DNA of 62,647 nucleotides, the filler included, from Rhabdomonas costata (Eukaryota): the NCBI GenBank assembly GCA_019059605.1. It is 17 parts of 17 records of this genome, joined end to end, with 100 filler letters (N's around TTAATTAATTAA, not from the genome) between each part and the next. Parts side by side here need not be neighbours in the genome. Positions count along the whole stretch, not along the records: positions 59,075 to 62,647 come from JAHMHO010000717.1; 16 more parts are not named here. One strand, 5' to 3'. The notes below the pieces were generated by a model. The model was given only the letters and a program-made list of their open reading frames with translations. It was not told the DNA's origin and searched no databases. Positions 61,512 through 62,647 of this stretch are shown in pieces. The number at the start of each line of letters is the position of its first letter. Position 1 is the first letter of the stretch. Made by a program: the position numbers and the translations under genes.

Positions 61512-62423
61512 ATGTCCAATCCGCGCAATTCCCTCGGAGCGGTCCACCTCCTTGACAAGAGCCGCATGGAGGCTGCCTTCCACCAGTCCGCCGTCAACGG
61601 CACCCTCGAGGAGCGCTATCTCGCGGAGGCACTCCGGGCCTGGTTTGCGCTGCCACAGGCTTTTTGTTGTGACTGGATCCAACTCCAAGTTGCCGTCCTG
61701 CCGAGTGTTGCAACCGTTCTCTCTTTTTATGGCTTTCAGCCTTTCCAGAAGTTGAGGTTAAGTTTTCCGAACGCCTGAGCTTGCAGAAGCTATCGCGCGA
61801 AAAAGTTGAAAAGCGAAACGGAATTGGATAATGATTATGTTATGAAGCCAGCAGCCAGAAGCACAGGAAGCAAGTCTGTGATTTATTTCATATTCCTTCG
61901 GGCACTGCGGTGCTCAAATACGAAAAGAATGCATTCTGTGCACGGTGTGGTGTTTTATTTTTCTAGCTTTGATGATGTCGGCTGTGTGGAGCCCGAGTTG
62001 GCCTCTGAAGTATTGATGGAAGTTCGTCAAAGACGCGAAGCACGGTGCTCTGTCGACGCCTCGCTGAACTTGGAGGAGTTCATTGAAGTTGCCCAGAGTG
62101 TTGCAGGCGGGGTGACTTCCTCAGACCATGTGCAGGTCGCCCAGTCAGTGGTATGTCGGAGTGGCCTGGGAGATACGTGAATACTATTTTGCTGTGGCAG
62201 TGCAAGTTTCTCTTCAAACAACGAATGTATGGCAATGATTTGTGTCACTTCTGTGCGGTGAAAGGTGCGTGTCGGGTCATATAGTTTGGCATGAATTGCT
62301 TTTTATGAATTGCAGGATGGTGAGTCCACGAATTCCCGCAAGCCCTCTATGTGGTATCAGCTCCTCGAACTTCTCCACTCTGCCCGGAACCTTTGTGCAC
62401 GTTGGAGGCGGAGAGCCTCAGAG
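61512..62423 (+). CDS. Hypothetical protein with a degenerate EF-hand-like pair (exons 61512-61642, 61967-62135, 62317-62423)
   Basis: MEAAFHQSAVNGTLEERYLAEALRAC|FDDVG...ELASEVLMEV...SLNLEEFIEVAQ. The GT-AG junctions are in phase. Confidence 0.45.
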
Positions 62424-62647
62424 GTTGTGTGAGCATATTTTTTATTGCTTTCCGGTGATAAGGGCATCGTGGCACACAGGCAACCATACCTGGACCTGTT
62501 GAGAACCCCACACACCACCAAACAACCTCCTCCACAATCCGCAAACAGCATCGCCATCCAATGACATCCGAAATCAAAACAAACACAAAGAGAAAAGCCA
62601 AAGCACATCCGGACACACACTCAAAAGTTAGCCCTTCCTTTCCAGCA

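Overview
This window is not one locus. It is 17 unrelated contigs of about 3.57 kb (one is 3.84 kb), joined by artificial 100-nt spacers (N44-TTAATTAATTAA-N44), so adjacency across spacers means nothing. The DNA is nuclear, from an intron-rich flagellated microbial eukaryote: GT-AG introns, TTAGGG repeats and IFT74 are present, and a euglenozoan-like protist is my inference. Contig ends show G/T-only starts, A/C-only ends and fold-back hairpins, which suggests degenerate-primer whole-genome amplification. Recognisable spliced genes or fragments are EIPR1/TSSC1, a PPEF/RdgC-type phosphatase, RAD6/UBC2, ERD2, IFT74, a HAS1/DBP7-like DEAD-box helicase, a ThrE-like exporter, and EGF-, LRR-, WD40-, MATH- and EF-hand-type proteins. 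There is also a probable decayed LINE. The most interesting items are: (1) an intronless toxin-type R-STS-E ADP-ribosyltransferase fused to a receiver-like domain and a membrane anchor; (2) a pentameric ligand-gated channel with a true C-x13-C Cys-loop in a protist; (3) an intron-containing 'HxKG...SGNFWW' protein of a type I recall from giant viruses, phages and bacteria; (4) an intronless two-domain PqiA-like protein missed by the ORF track; and (5) an unknown protein built from PWTW micro-exons. All family calls come from motif recognition by eye, and no searches were run.
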